A stretch of 64,000 bases of DNA from Felis catus (Eukaryota). Below, in pieces: positions 24,480-37,028 of the stretch. Within the stretch, counting starts at the first letter, position 1. The number at the start of each line of letters is the position of its first letter. A model generated the notes under the pieces. It did no database searches. It worked only from the letters and a program-made list of their open reading frames with translations, and was not told where the DNA came from. The stretch covers positions 102,736,001 to 102,800,000 of the forward strand of contig NC_058368.1 in assembly GCF_018350175.1 (NCBI RefSeq). Reading direction: 5' to 3'. Made by a program: the position numbers and the translations under genes.

Positions 24480-25570
24480 AGTCTCTAGAGATTGGCACAA
24501 AGAGGTGGTGAGATGTGGTCAGAAGGGTGAAATCGCGTGAGGGCAGCGCTCCCAGAATTTGCTGTGGTCTAGATGAGTCGTAGGAGAGAAAACCAACAGT
24601 CAACCAACTATTTTTTGGCCTGGGCAAGTTAAAGTGGGGAGCGGACAATAAATGAGATGAGGAAGACTGTGCGAGGAACAAGGGTAGGGACGAGAACCGG
24701 GAGCTCTCTGTGGAACATCTTAAGCGTGGTAGGTCTAGTAGACACTCAATATGCAACTGGGGACATGAGTCTGGGATGGAGGGAAGAGCTGGACTAGAGA
24801 TTTACATTTGGGAGTCATCAGCAGATGGATGGTATTTAATTGGTGAGAGTCGCCAATGACCGCCAGGTGGCCAAATCTTCATTTGACTTCTCAATAGCAT
24901 TGGACGCTAGTGACTACTGTCTTTATCTGATACTGTCCCTACTCTCATTTTCAGTCGAGAAAGGTTGCTATTTTCCTCCTTCCTTTCTGGTCTCACCCAG
25001 TCTGTATTATTTGCAGGCTGATCTTCTTGGACCCAGCAGTCTTCAGTTGAAGGTTCTTCAAGGTTTGTTCCTGTGTCTTTGTCCTGATGTTACTATATCC
25101 TCTCGAAGAGATCTTATCGACACCCATAATTCCAGTTCTCTCTTACACGCAGTCTCACGAGTGAGCTGCACTTTACATAACTACTAAATATACATCAAAG
25201 ACATCTCAAATCCAGCCTGTACACACTTACCTCATTATATTTCTCTCCACTCTCACCCCAAACCTACTCCTCTTCCAACAGCTCCTATTTCACCGAATAA
25301 GTTAGTCGTTTCCGCAAACCGCAAGTAGACAACCACAAATCTTTACGGATTTGCTTACTCTGGACTGCGCTATTTTTCCTTCTTTCCATGCCTTTTTCTC
25401 ATGCCCTCTCCCCACCAGTCCTGTTTCTGTTTCCTATTTATGTTCTTCACTCCCTCACTAAATTGGTTCTACCCAAGGACAAAGACTGCATCTTAGGCAT
25501 ATGGCTGTTCCTAGCACAGGACCCGGTGCATAGTAAGCTTTTTAGGACATGCTTCCTTAGCGAAAACAAG
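24480..25570. mobile_element. L2 fragments in both orientations
   Basis: ATTTGGGAGTCATCAGCAGATGGATGGTATTT (antisense L2), then TTGACTTCTCAATAGCATTGGAC and CCTAGCACAGGACCCGGTGCATAGTAAG (sense L2). Confidence 0.6.
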
Positions 25571-27490
25571 AATCAACGAATGCCCATCTTCAAAGCTGTC
25601 CTCTTTCTACCATCTTCTCTCAAGTGGTTCGGTTCTATGTTCCTAACTCATGTGATTCTCCTGGAACTGGACTGGCTTTTGATGTGTAAAATATGAACAC
25701 GGGGTAAGACGGGCCACGGTATTCACTGGATAAAATTCACTGAAGAACCTATGCTGTACTGAGCACTGAGCAAGACACTCTACAGGATGAAATAATCATG
25801 AAGATGAAAGCGACACCAATGAAAGGTTTCCTTGTTGTTGTTTTTAAAGACCACCTGCACTATTTACTTTAAACACGTGGCGGTCTGAATAAGGCTGTCC
25901 AACACTAGAAATGACGTGAAATACAAGAGAGCAGCACGTGGATTCTTGGTCTAGGTACGAACGGCTGATAGAAGACAAATGGCGTTACTTGAAACTGTGA
26001 CTTGAAAAGCAAGTAAACCATGAATCATGCCCCCACACAAGCTTGTAATCAGTACAGAAGAAAACTGATATGGGAATAGTCGTCATTTACTCTGTTGTTG
26101 GCAAAACACTACCCAATTCATGGCGGTGCACGTCGCCTAAATATTGTAGCATGAACACAATTCATATTATCTGGAACAGGGGACACTACTGTTGACAATT
26201 TACTTCCTTTTTTTTTTTTTTTTTTACCATGTTTAGAAGAAAAAAAAAAAGAAATCCTAAACCATATAAAGCTAGACGGTACCATAATGCTTCTCTGTAG
26301 AAAGACACATATTCACAGCAACAGGGCTAAGTAGGTAGAGGATTGCATAGTACAGCACGATGTGAAGAACCCATTCTCCAACATTTCAAACTATTTAAAA
26401 CACTCTTGGGAGTTATGTATTAGCCCCGTCCCGCAGTGACCAATGAGGAAATGTCCTCAGCGCGATGCAATGATTTGCTTGTGGATATATTCAGCTAATA
26501 TATGAGAGGGAGCAAGGACGCACCCTCAAGACCTCACCTTCCAATTTCCAACTCCCGACGTTCACAATTCACATGTTAACCACAGCACACATGAGTGAAG
26601 TTTCTCTATTTAACGATGCTGCTGCTCATGTAATGAAAAATAGAGTAACAAGAGTACATCTATCAATTTGTCTCTACCAGAATGTAAGCCCTGCATATTC
26701 CCAGCACCTAGGACTATGTCTGTCACATACGGGCCCTCAAATATAACTTCTTTATAAATCGAAGAATCATGCATCATATTTTCAAAGACATCTCACCACC
26801 GTCCTTTCGTTGGTTGTAATAGCAATTTCCAGTTTTCCGGCTCTGACTCCGATATTCTTTTTTTTTTTCTTTTTTTTTACTCCTTATTGTATAACAATAA
26901 AAATTAAAAGACTACTTACAAAAATCCATGCTGAGAGATTAAAAATAGAATATACTAGTTCATGAAGACCAGTTCTATAATAGGATCCCAGTAAATCTTA
27001 CCTTAAAAGAGGACACGAATTGACTTGTTGGTTGGCTTCTCTGTGGACAGAAGGTGTTGAAAGGCATGGAGAGAAATTCACCTCTGAGGAACACACACAC
27101 ATCTGTCAAGATTAAAACCAAAAAATCACTCTGCAAGAAAATTCTGAAATGTGGGCAAAGATTGACTTCCCTTCATAAGCAAAGACAGGATTCAAAGTCA
27201 TCTCCTGTTAGAGCTACTCAAATATCTTTCTTTTCTACTACCCTGGCTTTCTACATTTGCAATGGAGAATCATAGAGTGATTGGCCGATTTTAAAAATCA
27301 GCAAGCATTTTGTTTTGAGATAGAAAACTGACAAGGCCCTGGGCTCTGAGGGGTCTCCTCTCAAGAGGCCTCATGTTTGTGAGCGGCGATGGTAAATGAG
27401 ACGGAACTTTTCTTCACTTTAACATAGGAGTCTGGAAAAGGATCCTGTAGTCACAAGTTTGAAACATACCATTATTTAAAATAAAACGTG

Positions 27491-27945
27491 GGGGTGCCTG
27501 GGTCGCTCAGCGGGTTAAGTGCCTGACTCTTTTTTTTTTTATTTTTTTAATTTTAATTTTTTTTTCAACGTTTATTTTATTTTTGGGAGAGAGACAGAGC
27601 ATGAACGGGCGAGGGGCAGAGAGAGAGGGAGACACAGCATCGGAAACAGGCTCCAGGCTCCGAGCCATCAGCCCAGAGCTTGACGCGGGGCTCGAACCCA
27701 CAGACCGCGAGATCGTGACCTGGCTGAAGTCGGACACCTAACCGACTGCGCCACCCAGGCGCCACAAGTGCCTGACTCTTGATTTTGGCACTGGTCATGA
27801 TCTCACAGTGCCTGGGGCTCTGGGCTGGCAGGTGGAACCTGCTTGGGATTCTGTCTCCCTCTATCTTTGTCTCCCCCTCCCCCTCCCCCCCACCAAGTGC
27901 ACTTGCATGCTCCCTCTCTCTCTCAAAATAAACTTAAAAAAAAAT
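27491..27945 (+). mobile_element. Can-SINE (host), interrupted by a younger SINE
   Basis: Head 27491-27531; body resumes at 27781. Confidence 0.92.
27532..27765 (-). mobile_element. Young felid SINE nested in a SINE
   Basis: TSD AAGTGCCTGACTCTT (27517-27531, 27766-27780). Confidence 0.96.
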
Positions 27946-28063
27946 AGTAAAATGCTATACAGACTTTGTATTATTGAAGAAGGCCTTATTTATTTCTTGC
28001 TTTGCAACCTAATGAAATATCCAACCAAAGGTACAGGAACATATGTGTGTGTGTGTGTGCAAT

Positions 28064-28166
28064 TCTTTTTTTTTTTAAGTAGGTTCCAAGGCCAACATGG
28101 GGCTTGGACTCACAACTCCTAGATCTAGGATCCCAGGCTCTGCCTCCTGAGCCAGCCATGTACCCA
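28064..28166 (-). mobile_element. Short Can-SINE (tRNA head plus tail only)
   Basis: CATGGGGCTTGGACTCACAACTCCTAGATC...CTGAGCCAGCC. Confidence 0.75.
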
Positions 28167-28241
28167 GTAAGGTATTTTTAATGTAAAAGCTGCTTATCTG
28201 GCTATCTCAGCTTCCTGCAAGTGGAAATGAAGAAGCAGGAA

Positions 28242-28413
28242 GGGGGACACCTGGGTGGTTCAGTCGGTTAAGCGTCCGACTTCAGCTCAGGTCACGATCT
28301 CGCACTTTGTGAGTTCGAGCCCCGCGTCGGGCTCTGGGCTGACAGCTCAGAGCCTGGAGCCTGCTTCCGATTCTGTGTCTCCCTCTCTCTGCCCCTGCCC
28401 TGCTCGTGCTTTG

Positions 28414-28445
<32 letters not shown>

Positions 28446-28475
28446 AAATATGAATAAACATTAATTAACAAAAAA
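28242..28475 (+). mobile_element. Can-SINE
   Basis: TSD AAGCAGGAAG. Confidence 0.96.
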
Positions 28476-28702
28476 AGCAGGAAGGAAGGCTCACCATTAG
28501 CATAGGCCTCACTAACACCACAATGCCCTCCTCTAAACTGTTAAGCTGTGTACTCACAGGCAAATCCTAGGTTTTTATCGGGAATGCTAATAGCCTATCT
28601 CCCTGGTTTCCCAGGCCCTAGTGGTAGTACCACACCCAAGGTGGGGGGGAAAGGGAGGCACCAGGAGGTGGGTGGGGTGTTATTCAAACTTAAAATGAGA
28701 CT

Positions 28703-28917
28703 TTTATTCTTTTTTGAGAGACCCAGAGAGACAGAGAGAGAGACAGCACAGGAGCAGGGCAGGGGCGGGGGGAGGGGAGGTGGGCACAGAATCTGAAGCA
28801 GGCTCCAAGCTCCGTGCTGTCGGCACAGAGCCCAACTTGGAGCTCGAACCCACGAACTGTGAGATCATGACCGGAGCGGAGTCGGACGCTTAACCGCCTG
28901 AGCCACCCAGGCGCCCC
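28703..28917 (-). mobile_element. Can-SINE
   Basis: Antisense body and head. Confidence 0.93.
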
Positions 28918-31496
28918 GCGATGCTCTATTTTAAAAATATTCAAAGAACACTCTTGAAAAACCGAAGTTCTTGTATATTCCATAGGCAGGGACTCAATCC
29001 AAACACGTGAAAAAGGGTCGATGTGCTATGATATAATGCGGTTGGAAGAAGGATTACTTGTGCCGCTGCTTGATAGCGAATTCCATGAAAGAATGTACCA
29101 GCGAGAACAAGTTCCTCCGAGTGACATTTCATTCCTTAGCAGCTAGACAGATTAATGCTTGCTTCTTGCAGCTCCACACATTACCAGCCCCCGTACTCCA
29201 GAGATGAAAAATCATGTACTCAATTCATTCTTTACGGCGCTAATGTTATACAAAGAGAAGAGAAATTTGCATTTGGGCCTTCATTCCTGTTAAAATATTG
29301 TGGTCTTAATAACAGGTTAAGAAATACTAGAGTACCACTGTCCTTTTATATTGAACCTCTATAAAACAGCTTAATGGATTGTACGTCTAAGGTGAGAAGA
29401 AACGAAAGCAGAATTATGTTAAATTGCGTGGCCTCCAAATAGATTTTTTAAATTTTATCACCTTTGCAGGACACGACCAAAGGGACTCGCCCGTAAATCT
29501 TCTTAATAGCCAGATCACAGGAAACCAGAGATATCTTCACATTATCAGCCACACAACTCAGCCAAAAGGTGGGTGAGCTACAAAACTCGGGAAGACACCG
29601 TCTAAAGGAGTTCGCAGAGAAGAGCGGACTCCCAAACAGAACGCTCGAAAGCAGGTGTACGAGTCACATCTGATCTCGGCTCCTCCAGACAAGCAATCCC
29701 AAGGAGCAAACTTGGATTTGCATTTGTGGTGCCTACAATATTCTGCCTTTTTAAACGTCCCTGTCCTGTGAGGCTTACTCCTTTGGGTCTACTTAAGCTT
29801 TTTTTCCCCTCAGATATATATCTGCCTTTATGAGAACCTGTCTGAGTTGGGGTGGGTGGGCACAGAGGAGGACTGGGGGGTGGGGCGACAAGATGAGGGG
29901 GGAGGAATGTTAAGCTTTCTGCTTCCCCCCACAGGGACGTCCTTTGGTGAGGTTACCTCAAATAACCCTTGCTGCTTTAGAGAAACACTAATTTAAAAGC
30001 CTAAGTAAAATGAAAACAAATATGGCTGGTAGACTTGTAAACCAAGGACGGATGATAAAATTGTACTGTTATAAATATATTTGGAAGGTGAAAGAAATTC
30101 TGGAAAAGTCCAAGTATTTTCATCTTAAGAGAGCACGAGAGTCTGGAGTCATTTCTTTGGAATATTGGATGTGATCAAGGTTTTGTCCTTAGATACATTT
30201 TTGAATAAAATCATTTATATACCTGCCTAAGATTCCTTACCAGCCTTGCACAAGTTAGGAAAACAGCTGCTCTCTGGCCTCCAGTGTGTTACCTACCCTC
30301 CCCACCCCCCCCCCCCCGCCCCACCACTCAGATGAACAGCAGGGATTCAGAGAGGGCTCCACTGAACACATCAAATGACGTCCTAACAGCATCTTTAAAG
30401 GTCCGAGTTAGAATTCCTGTCCTCTGGGTCCTTGGGCACTGGTTCTAGAAACTTGCTGAGTTAAACTGAGTCTAACACTCAGAGGACGGGATTGTTGGTG
30501 GCTAAAGAAGAGAAAGGGAAACCCTTGAGGGTTTAATTTAAAGTAATTATGGCCTTGGACTACTGCCAATGGAAAATTTTCAGAAAGCCCATCTTTTGCA
30601 AGAAAGTAAACTCCCAAATAGTTGCAGGAGGAAAATCATTTTTTTTTGGGGGGGGGGTGGGATGCGGAAAACTCACTAAAACCCAAGTAATTGTTTTAAG
30701 CAGTTTTGCCCCCCAGGTGAAGATCTTTGTATTTTCCAAAACTTTCCTGATGGAATAGTAAAATACAAAGAAATGTGGTAAAACCCAAATTGAAGTCTTC
30801 GTCTAGGGAAGTCCTAAGGCATTCATGCAGTCGCAGGGGCCTGGACCTGAAGAAAATCACAGCAATGCAGCAAAAGCCTGACGGCAATGAAACAGAGTCT
30901 GTGTTTGCTTTCTGTTTTGTGTTTCCTTTCTGTGGCCTCTCTGGGAATTCAGGTAGTCAGAGAAACCGAACTCAAGGAGCTCCTTGTGAATATCCAAGCG
31001 TTCGCATTTTCTGAATCAGCCCGGGAGCAGTAAAACAAAGTAGGAATGTGTACAATTATTAATGGGTTGGTCCAAAGAGTGAGGGGATAGTTTAAAACAA
31101 ACTTAGAAACCATTTATTAAGAAAAAAAAAAGTAAAAGCCTCTTTCGCATGTCTAACATATAGTTGCTGAAAGGCAAAATGGTTTCTGATGACTCTTCCT
31201 AAATACATCACTTCAATGTTAATGTTGATGGACCAAATGGGCAGACAGGGCTGACAGGGGTGGCACAGGGGGCTTGTTATTATTGTTGTTAGTGTTTATC
31301 TGCAATTGTGTTGCTGCTTTTGTCTCTTTGGTTGCCGCTTTTGTTTTTGAAGGCCTGTAGGCAGGTTATGCATATCCCAGGGGACTGTTCCCCGCGTCGG
31401 ATATTTAACTGTATCCATATACTTATCCTCTTAAGACTTTAGTTGGCAATTCTAGATAAAGCCTGTTGCTAGATCATCATCTTAATAGTTGTCTTT

Positions 31497-31715
31497 AAAA
31501 AAAATTGTTTAAATGTTTTTATTTATTATTTTTGAGAGAGAGATAGAGTGCGAGTAGAGGAGGGGCAGAGAGAGAGGGAGACACAGAATCTGGAGCAGGC
31601 TCCAGGCTCCAAGGTGTCAGCATAGAGCCTGGTGCAGGGCTTGAACTCACCAACTGTGAGATCATAACCTGAGCTGAAGTCGGATGCTCAACTGACTAAG
31701 CCACCTAGGTGCCCC
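31497..31715 (-). mobile_element. Can-SINE
   Basis: Antisense body; degenerate TSD TGTCTTT. Confidence 0.94.
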
Positions 31716-32989
31716 CCAAGCTGTCTTTTTTATGAGGGCCCACAATAGGTCACAAACTTAACATTCACCATTGACCTACAGATCCGTGACACAAGATAGA
31801 CATTATTACCCCCACTTTGAAAGAGGGGGACCCTAATAAGAGGTGATGCTGGTATGTGATCCCAGGTAAGTCAGAAGCCAACAATTCTCTATGAAGCCTC
31901 AACTCTGTTGCGATTCAGAAATAATGTTCTATACCAATTTTGAGTGTAGGCCCCTTCCAATAATACACAGGATAAATGACGTAAGTTCCAATATAGACGA
32001 GTGCAAGAGTCTTGGACTGCGAGATTCGTAACAGAAAGGAGGATGCCTTTGGTCGGCATAAGATCAGAAACTTAGAAAGAACCGATTTTTGCCTTTTTCT
32101 TTTTGGTAATATTGCCCCAGGGTCCAAAGTGGTCAACTGTTGTCATAATTCATTTGGCCTTCCTGCCAAAGATAGTTCAGCCGTTTAGCCTAACAACATA
32201 TTTTTTAACAGTTAGGGTACATATTTGATTTGGGCCCAGGGACAAATGGCTCTCCAAAGGCTTCCTGGCAGGTTGATGATGTGATGCATCACCTGGATGG
32301 ATCCAGACTTAAGAGTACTGAACAGTGAAGTACATTGCAAAAGCTCACCTACATTCTCAAATATCATAGTAAGGAGCAAATTTCGTTGCCTTTGACTCAA
32401 TGATATTTAGAATATGTGATACATCAGTCTTTCTGTTCTGGGTTTTAGTCATGGTTTAAGATGGTTGTCTTCTTTTAACATGTAAAAAGCTTAACTTGAA
32501 ATATGGGTCATTTGTTTTGGGCTTGGCTTGAAACGGCATATATACAATCATGTTACAATACGTAATAGCTTATAAGTTAACCAAGGAAGAAGTCATAGTC
32601 ATGTATCATTTATCCAGAATCACTAAAAACAGAGATGTTCCATGTAAGTACATTTTCCCGAACACCTTAAGGGTACTTGATTTTTTTCTTTATTTTTTTC
32701 TACGGGTACTTTCCTTTTTTGGAAAAGTACTTTAAAAATTATAAAATCTCTACTTATTTTGATTCATTCAGGCTTGATTAAACAGGATCATCATCCCAAG
32801 TTGACTCTTGATGACTTGAAATTTTTTTATTAGTTGCTTTTTTACTTGGGAAAAAAGAAAAAGAGCACTAAAGAAAATCGCATGGATTTGTGTCCTGGCC
32901 CCCATTCAACTTCCAGCACTGCAGAGATGAGTTTTTCTTTGCCTTCTTGACAGGTATAATGATGGCATTTTCTTCTTTTTCCTCTTACT

Positions 32990-33830
32990 CTCCCTTCTTC
33001 TTCTTTGACTCATTTTAAAAATCAGATTGTTTGTTTTCTTTCTTTTTTTTTTTTTTAAATTTTTTTTTTCAACGTTTATTTATTTTTGGGACAGAGAGAG
33101 ACAGAGCATGAACGGGGGAGGGGCAGAGAGAGAGGGAGACACAGAATCGGAAACAGGCTCCAGGCTCCGAGCCATCAGCCCAGAGCCTGACGCGGGGCTC
33201 GAACTCACGGACCGCGAGATCGTGACCTGGCTGAAGTCGGACGCTTAACCGACTGCGCCACCCAGGCGCCCCGTTTGTTTTCTTATTGTTGATATTCAAC
33301 AGTTCTTAATACATCTGATATGCCTTTTGGAAATATTTTCTCCCAGTGTGTCGCTTGTGCTATCATTTTTGGGACAATGTCTTTTGCAGAGCACAAGTTT
33401 GCAATTACAGTAAGTCCTGCAATCAGAGATTATCATTCCTGCAACTTTGTTCTTTTCCTTCCATATTGTGTTGAATATTCTAGGTCTTTATTTATAAAAC
33501 TTCAGACTTGGTTTGTTGAGATTCATAAAATAATGTATTGGAATTTTGATTGGGGTTGCAACGAATCTGTAGATCAAGTTAGAAGAACTGCTATCTTGAC
33601 AATATTGAGTCTTTATATCCATGAACATGGACTACCTCTTCATTTATTTAGTTCTTTGAGTTTGTTCTTGAGAGTTTTTAAGGTTTCCTCATTTAGATCT
33701 TATGCATATTCTGTTAGATTTACAGCTACGTATTTCACTTTCAGGGGTGCTGAAATTTTACTTTTAAACTCTACTTTTTCATTACCAGTGTATAGGAAAG
33801 TTACTGATTTTATGTATTATATCTAATTAT
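32990..33830 (-). mobile_element. L1 ORF2 fragment, degraded
   Basis: GGAATTTTGATTGGGGTTGCAACGAATCTGTAGATCAAGTT...ATCCATGAACATGG is antisense L1 ORF2. Confidence 0.8.
33041..33272 (-). mobile_element. Young felid SINE
   Basis: TSD GTTTGTTTTCTT; near-consensus body. Confidence 0.97.
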
Positions 33831-34257
33831 ATATTGAATTTTACATATTAATATTATACAGTACAGCTTTGCCATAATTACTTCCCACAGCTGATGCCTT
33901 CTGCAGACAGAGTTTTGTATGTTCTTTCCTTTTTAGACTAATTCAAGAGTTCCCACTGGCTTATGCAAAAATAATAACCAAAATGAGTTAAAGCACGTCA
34001 AATATGTTTAAACCCAAAAATGTATAATGATCTTAAATAACAAACAAACAGACAAAAAAAACCTTTGTTGGTCTTCATTAGAAGATGCTAAAAAAATGAT
34101 TACTTTTTTAAACTTGGGAAAGATTTAATCATTTATCCTACCCTTCCTATATCTCAATACTACAGGGTAACCACATAATTTTCAAGAACAAGTTAGTCTT
34201 TATAAAAGCACTCTAACTAGTAAATGAAGAACGTGTGTTAAAAATATCATATCACCT

Positions 34258-34466
34258 GGGGCGCCTGGGTGGCACAGTCGGTTAAGCGTCCGACTTCAGC
34301 CAGGTCACGATCTCGCGGTCCGTGGGTTCGAGCCCCGCGTCGGGCTCTGGGCTGATGGCTCGGAGCCTGGAGCCTGTTTCCGATTCTGTGTCTCCCTCTC
34401 TCTCTGCCCCTCCCCCGTTCATGCTCTGTCTCTCTCTGTCCCAAAAATAAATAAACGTTGAAAAAA
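34258..34466 (+). mobile_element. Young felid SINE
   Basis: TSD AAAATATCATATCACC. Confidence 0.97.
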
Positions 34467-34605
34467 AAAATATCATATCACCATTTTGCAACCCCTTTTG
34501 ATAAATGGGTCTAGACAATGGTTATCAATGGCTGCTAACAGCTCCAAAGGACAAACAACTAGACATCATATACTTCCCAGGGGAAGTGCACGATACTAAG
34601 CATTC

Positions 34606-34827
34606 TTTTTAAAAAAAATTTTTTTTTTTTACATTTTATTTATTTTTGATAGAGACAGAGCACAAGTGGGGAAGGGGCAGACAGAGAGGGAGACACAGAA
34701 TCCCAAGCAGGCTCCAGGCTCTGAGCTGGCAGCACAGAGCCCGTCACAGGGCTCGAACTCACAAACCACGAGATCATGACCTGAGCCGAAGTCCGGCGCT
34801 CAACCGACTGAGCCACCCAGGCACCCC
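34606..34827 (-). mobile_element. Can-SINE
   Basis: TSD AAGCATTCTT. Confidence 0.95.
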
Positions 34828-35087
34828 AAGCATTCTTACTTTTAGTTCTTCAAATGACTAAGCTTGTAGCTCTGACTACAGGAAATATAAAAGATAAAGC
34901 AATATATTAAATATCATTATAAGAATGCAATTAACCAAGTCTAGACTGAGAATGTCTGCAGGACAAATGATGTCACTTCTCCTCCCTAAATAAGTTGAAG
35001 GAGACAGAGAGAAAATGAGAATCTATAGTTTAAAATAGACAGAAGAGACATTTCAGCAATTGAATTTAGGGACCTCATTTTGATCCT

Positions 35088-35204
35088 TTAAAAATTTTTA
35101 AAAAATTTTCAATTTGTTAATCTCCATGTCTAAGGTGGGGCTCAAACTCACGACCCCCAGATTAAGAGTCACCCACTCTACCAACTGAGCCACCCAGGTG
35201 CCCC
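35088..35204 (-). mobile_element. Short Can-SINE
   Basis: GTGGGGCTCAAACTCACGACCCC...CTGAGCCACCCAGGTGCCCC. Confidence 0.85.
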
Positions 35205-35242
35205 TAAAATTTTTTTTTTATTTTTTCAGAAATACTTTTTTA

Positions 35243-35454
35243 GGGGCGCCTGGGTGGCTCAGTTTGTTAAGGGTCCGACTTCAGTTGAGGTCATGATCTT
35301 GCAGTCCATGAGTTCAGGCCCCATGTCAGGCTCTCTGCTGACAGTTCGGAGCCTGGAGCCTGCTTCACATTCTGTGTCTCCCTCTCTCTCTGCCCCTCCC
35401 CCACTCATGGTCTGTCTCTCTCTGTCTCTGAAAAGTGAATAAACCTTAAAAAAA
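35243..35454 (+). mobile_element. Can-SINE
   Basis: Head, body and tail. Confidence 0.95.
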
Positions 35455-36368
35455 TTTTTTTTTTTTTTAGTATCTTTAAAAATTTTACACTCAGGAAAAT
35501 TTGAACATTAAGTACTGGAAAATATTAGTTATTATTGCTGGTATCTAATGTACTCGTGGTTTTTAAAAACAAAGTAGTTCTAATCTTTTAGAGAGACACT
35601 CTGAAATATTTATGGAGAGGACAGGAGTCTGGGATTCGTTTCACAGTAATCCAGTAGGCAAGGCAGAGTTTAATCAACTGAAGTTGATAATTGCTGAAAG
35701 TAAATGATTGGTACATGGGATTTATTATATTCTTCTTTCTGCTTCTGCATATGTTTAAAAATCCCATAATAAAATGTTAACAACGACAAACCCCTAAGGC
35801 CTAGATAGATTAAATTTCTTGCCCAACACCATATATGTAATTAGGGACAGTTCAAACCTGCAACTGGACTGTTGACTTCCAATCAAATTCTCTTTCCCTT
35901 ATAACAAGCTGTTTTGCAGAGAGGCCAAGCTCCCGGGGTACCCGATATCTGCCCAAAGCTTGGTAAGCCAATGAGTGAACTAGGGAATCCACCATGGTGC
36001 TATCAAACATTCATACAAGCGGCTCATCAGTAAGCAGCCAAGTGGCAAATTGGGATTGACTGGGAGTGCAGAGCAGCTGCTGACTGTTGAAGTGTTGCCC
36101 AGAGTTCTTGGCTTTTCCCCATTTGGTCTTTAAGGGAGCCATTGCAAAAGCAGACCAGCCTTCAAGTGCCCAAACAAACATAGTTGAGAGGCTGCTTAGA
36201 CGTTTCTTGATTGCATCACAAAAAATTAGTTTTTGCTGGGAACTATATAGTTGGACCAATATGGAGTCTAACAACAATAATGGGGGTTTCAGTGCCTGGG
36301 AACCAAGGATTAGAGAATCATTAGATTAGAATGTTGTTTCCACATTGATTAAGATATTAAGATTGTTG

Positions 36369-36372
<4 letters not shown>

Positions 36373-36399
<27 letters not shown>

Positions 36400-36586
36400 G
36401 AGAGAGAATGGGAGAGGGTGAATGCATGAGCTGGAAAGGGGGCAGAGGGAGACAGAAAGAATTTTAAGCAGGCTCCCCACTCCATGTAAAGCCCCACTTG
36501 GGGCTCCGTCCCACAAGACTGGGCTCATGACCTGAGCCACAATCAAGAGTCGAATACTCAATTCACAGAGCAACCCCGGTGACCCC
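36373..36586 (-). mobile_element. Can-SINE, older subtype
   Basis: Diverged TSD AAGATTGTTGTTTC / AAGACTGTGGTTTC. Confidence 0.9.
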
Positions 36587-36800
36587 AAGACTGTGGTTTC
36601 ATTAGACACTAAAACTCAGTCACCACGGGTGTAGCTCTGGCATTGTCGGGGCTCTCAGGCTGGTGAGTCATCTGTGGGAAAATTAAGAACGAATGCAGAT
36701 CATACTGAAAATCAGAAAGATGATCAAGTGGTGGGAGCAGCAATGCAATACCAGGAAAAGGGCTTGTAAATCCTCTCAAGGAGGCAAACACAAACCCAGT

Positions 36801-37028
36801 GTTTGTTTGTTAATTTATTTAAGCAATGTTTAAGTTTATTTATTTTGGGAGAGAGAAAGTGCATACGCTCAACTAAGTGAGGGAAGGGCAGAGAGAAGAA
36901 GAGAAAGAATCCCAAGCGGGCTCCACACTGTCAGCACGGAGCCCGATGCGGGCTTGAACCCACCAAGTGTGTGGCTGTGACCTGAGCCGAAGTCGGACAT
37001 TCAACTGACTGAACCACCCAGGCGCCCC
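36801..37028 (-). mobile_element. Can-SINE
   Basis: Antisense body and head. Confidence 0.93.

Larger units (their letters stand above)
33960..35780 (+). mobile_element. Old L1MC-like 3' UTR, split by four SINEs
   Basis: TTTAGAGAGACACTCTGAAATATTTATGG...TGTTTAAAAATCCCATAATAAAA is a typical L1MC end. Confidence 0.6.

Noticed and set aside
24012..24500. 162-aa ORF with a CVCVCV run
   Set aside because: Composite of L1 3' UTR, (CA)n microsatellite and SINE
32706..32730. Small hairpin GTACTTTCC...GGAAAAGTAC
   Set aside because: Stem too short and imperfect for a pre-miRNA; expected by chance in AT-rich DNA
33320..33826. 168-aa plus-strand ORF, the longest in the window
   Set aside because: Antisense reading of a degraded L1 ORF2 fragment; no domain-like content
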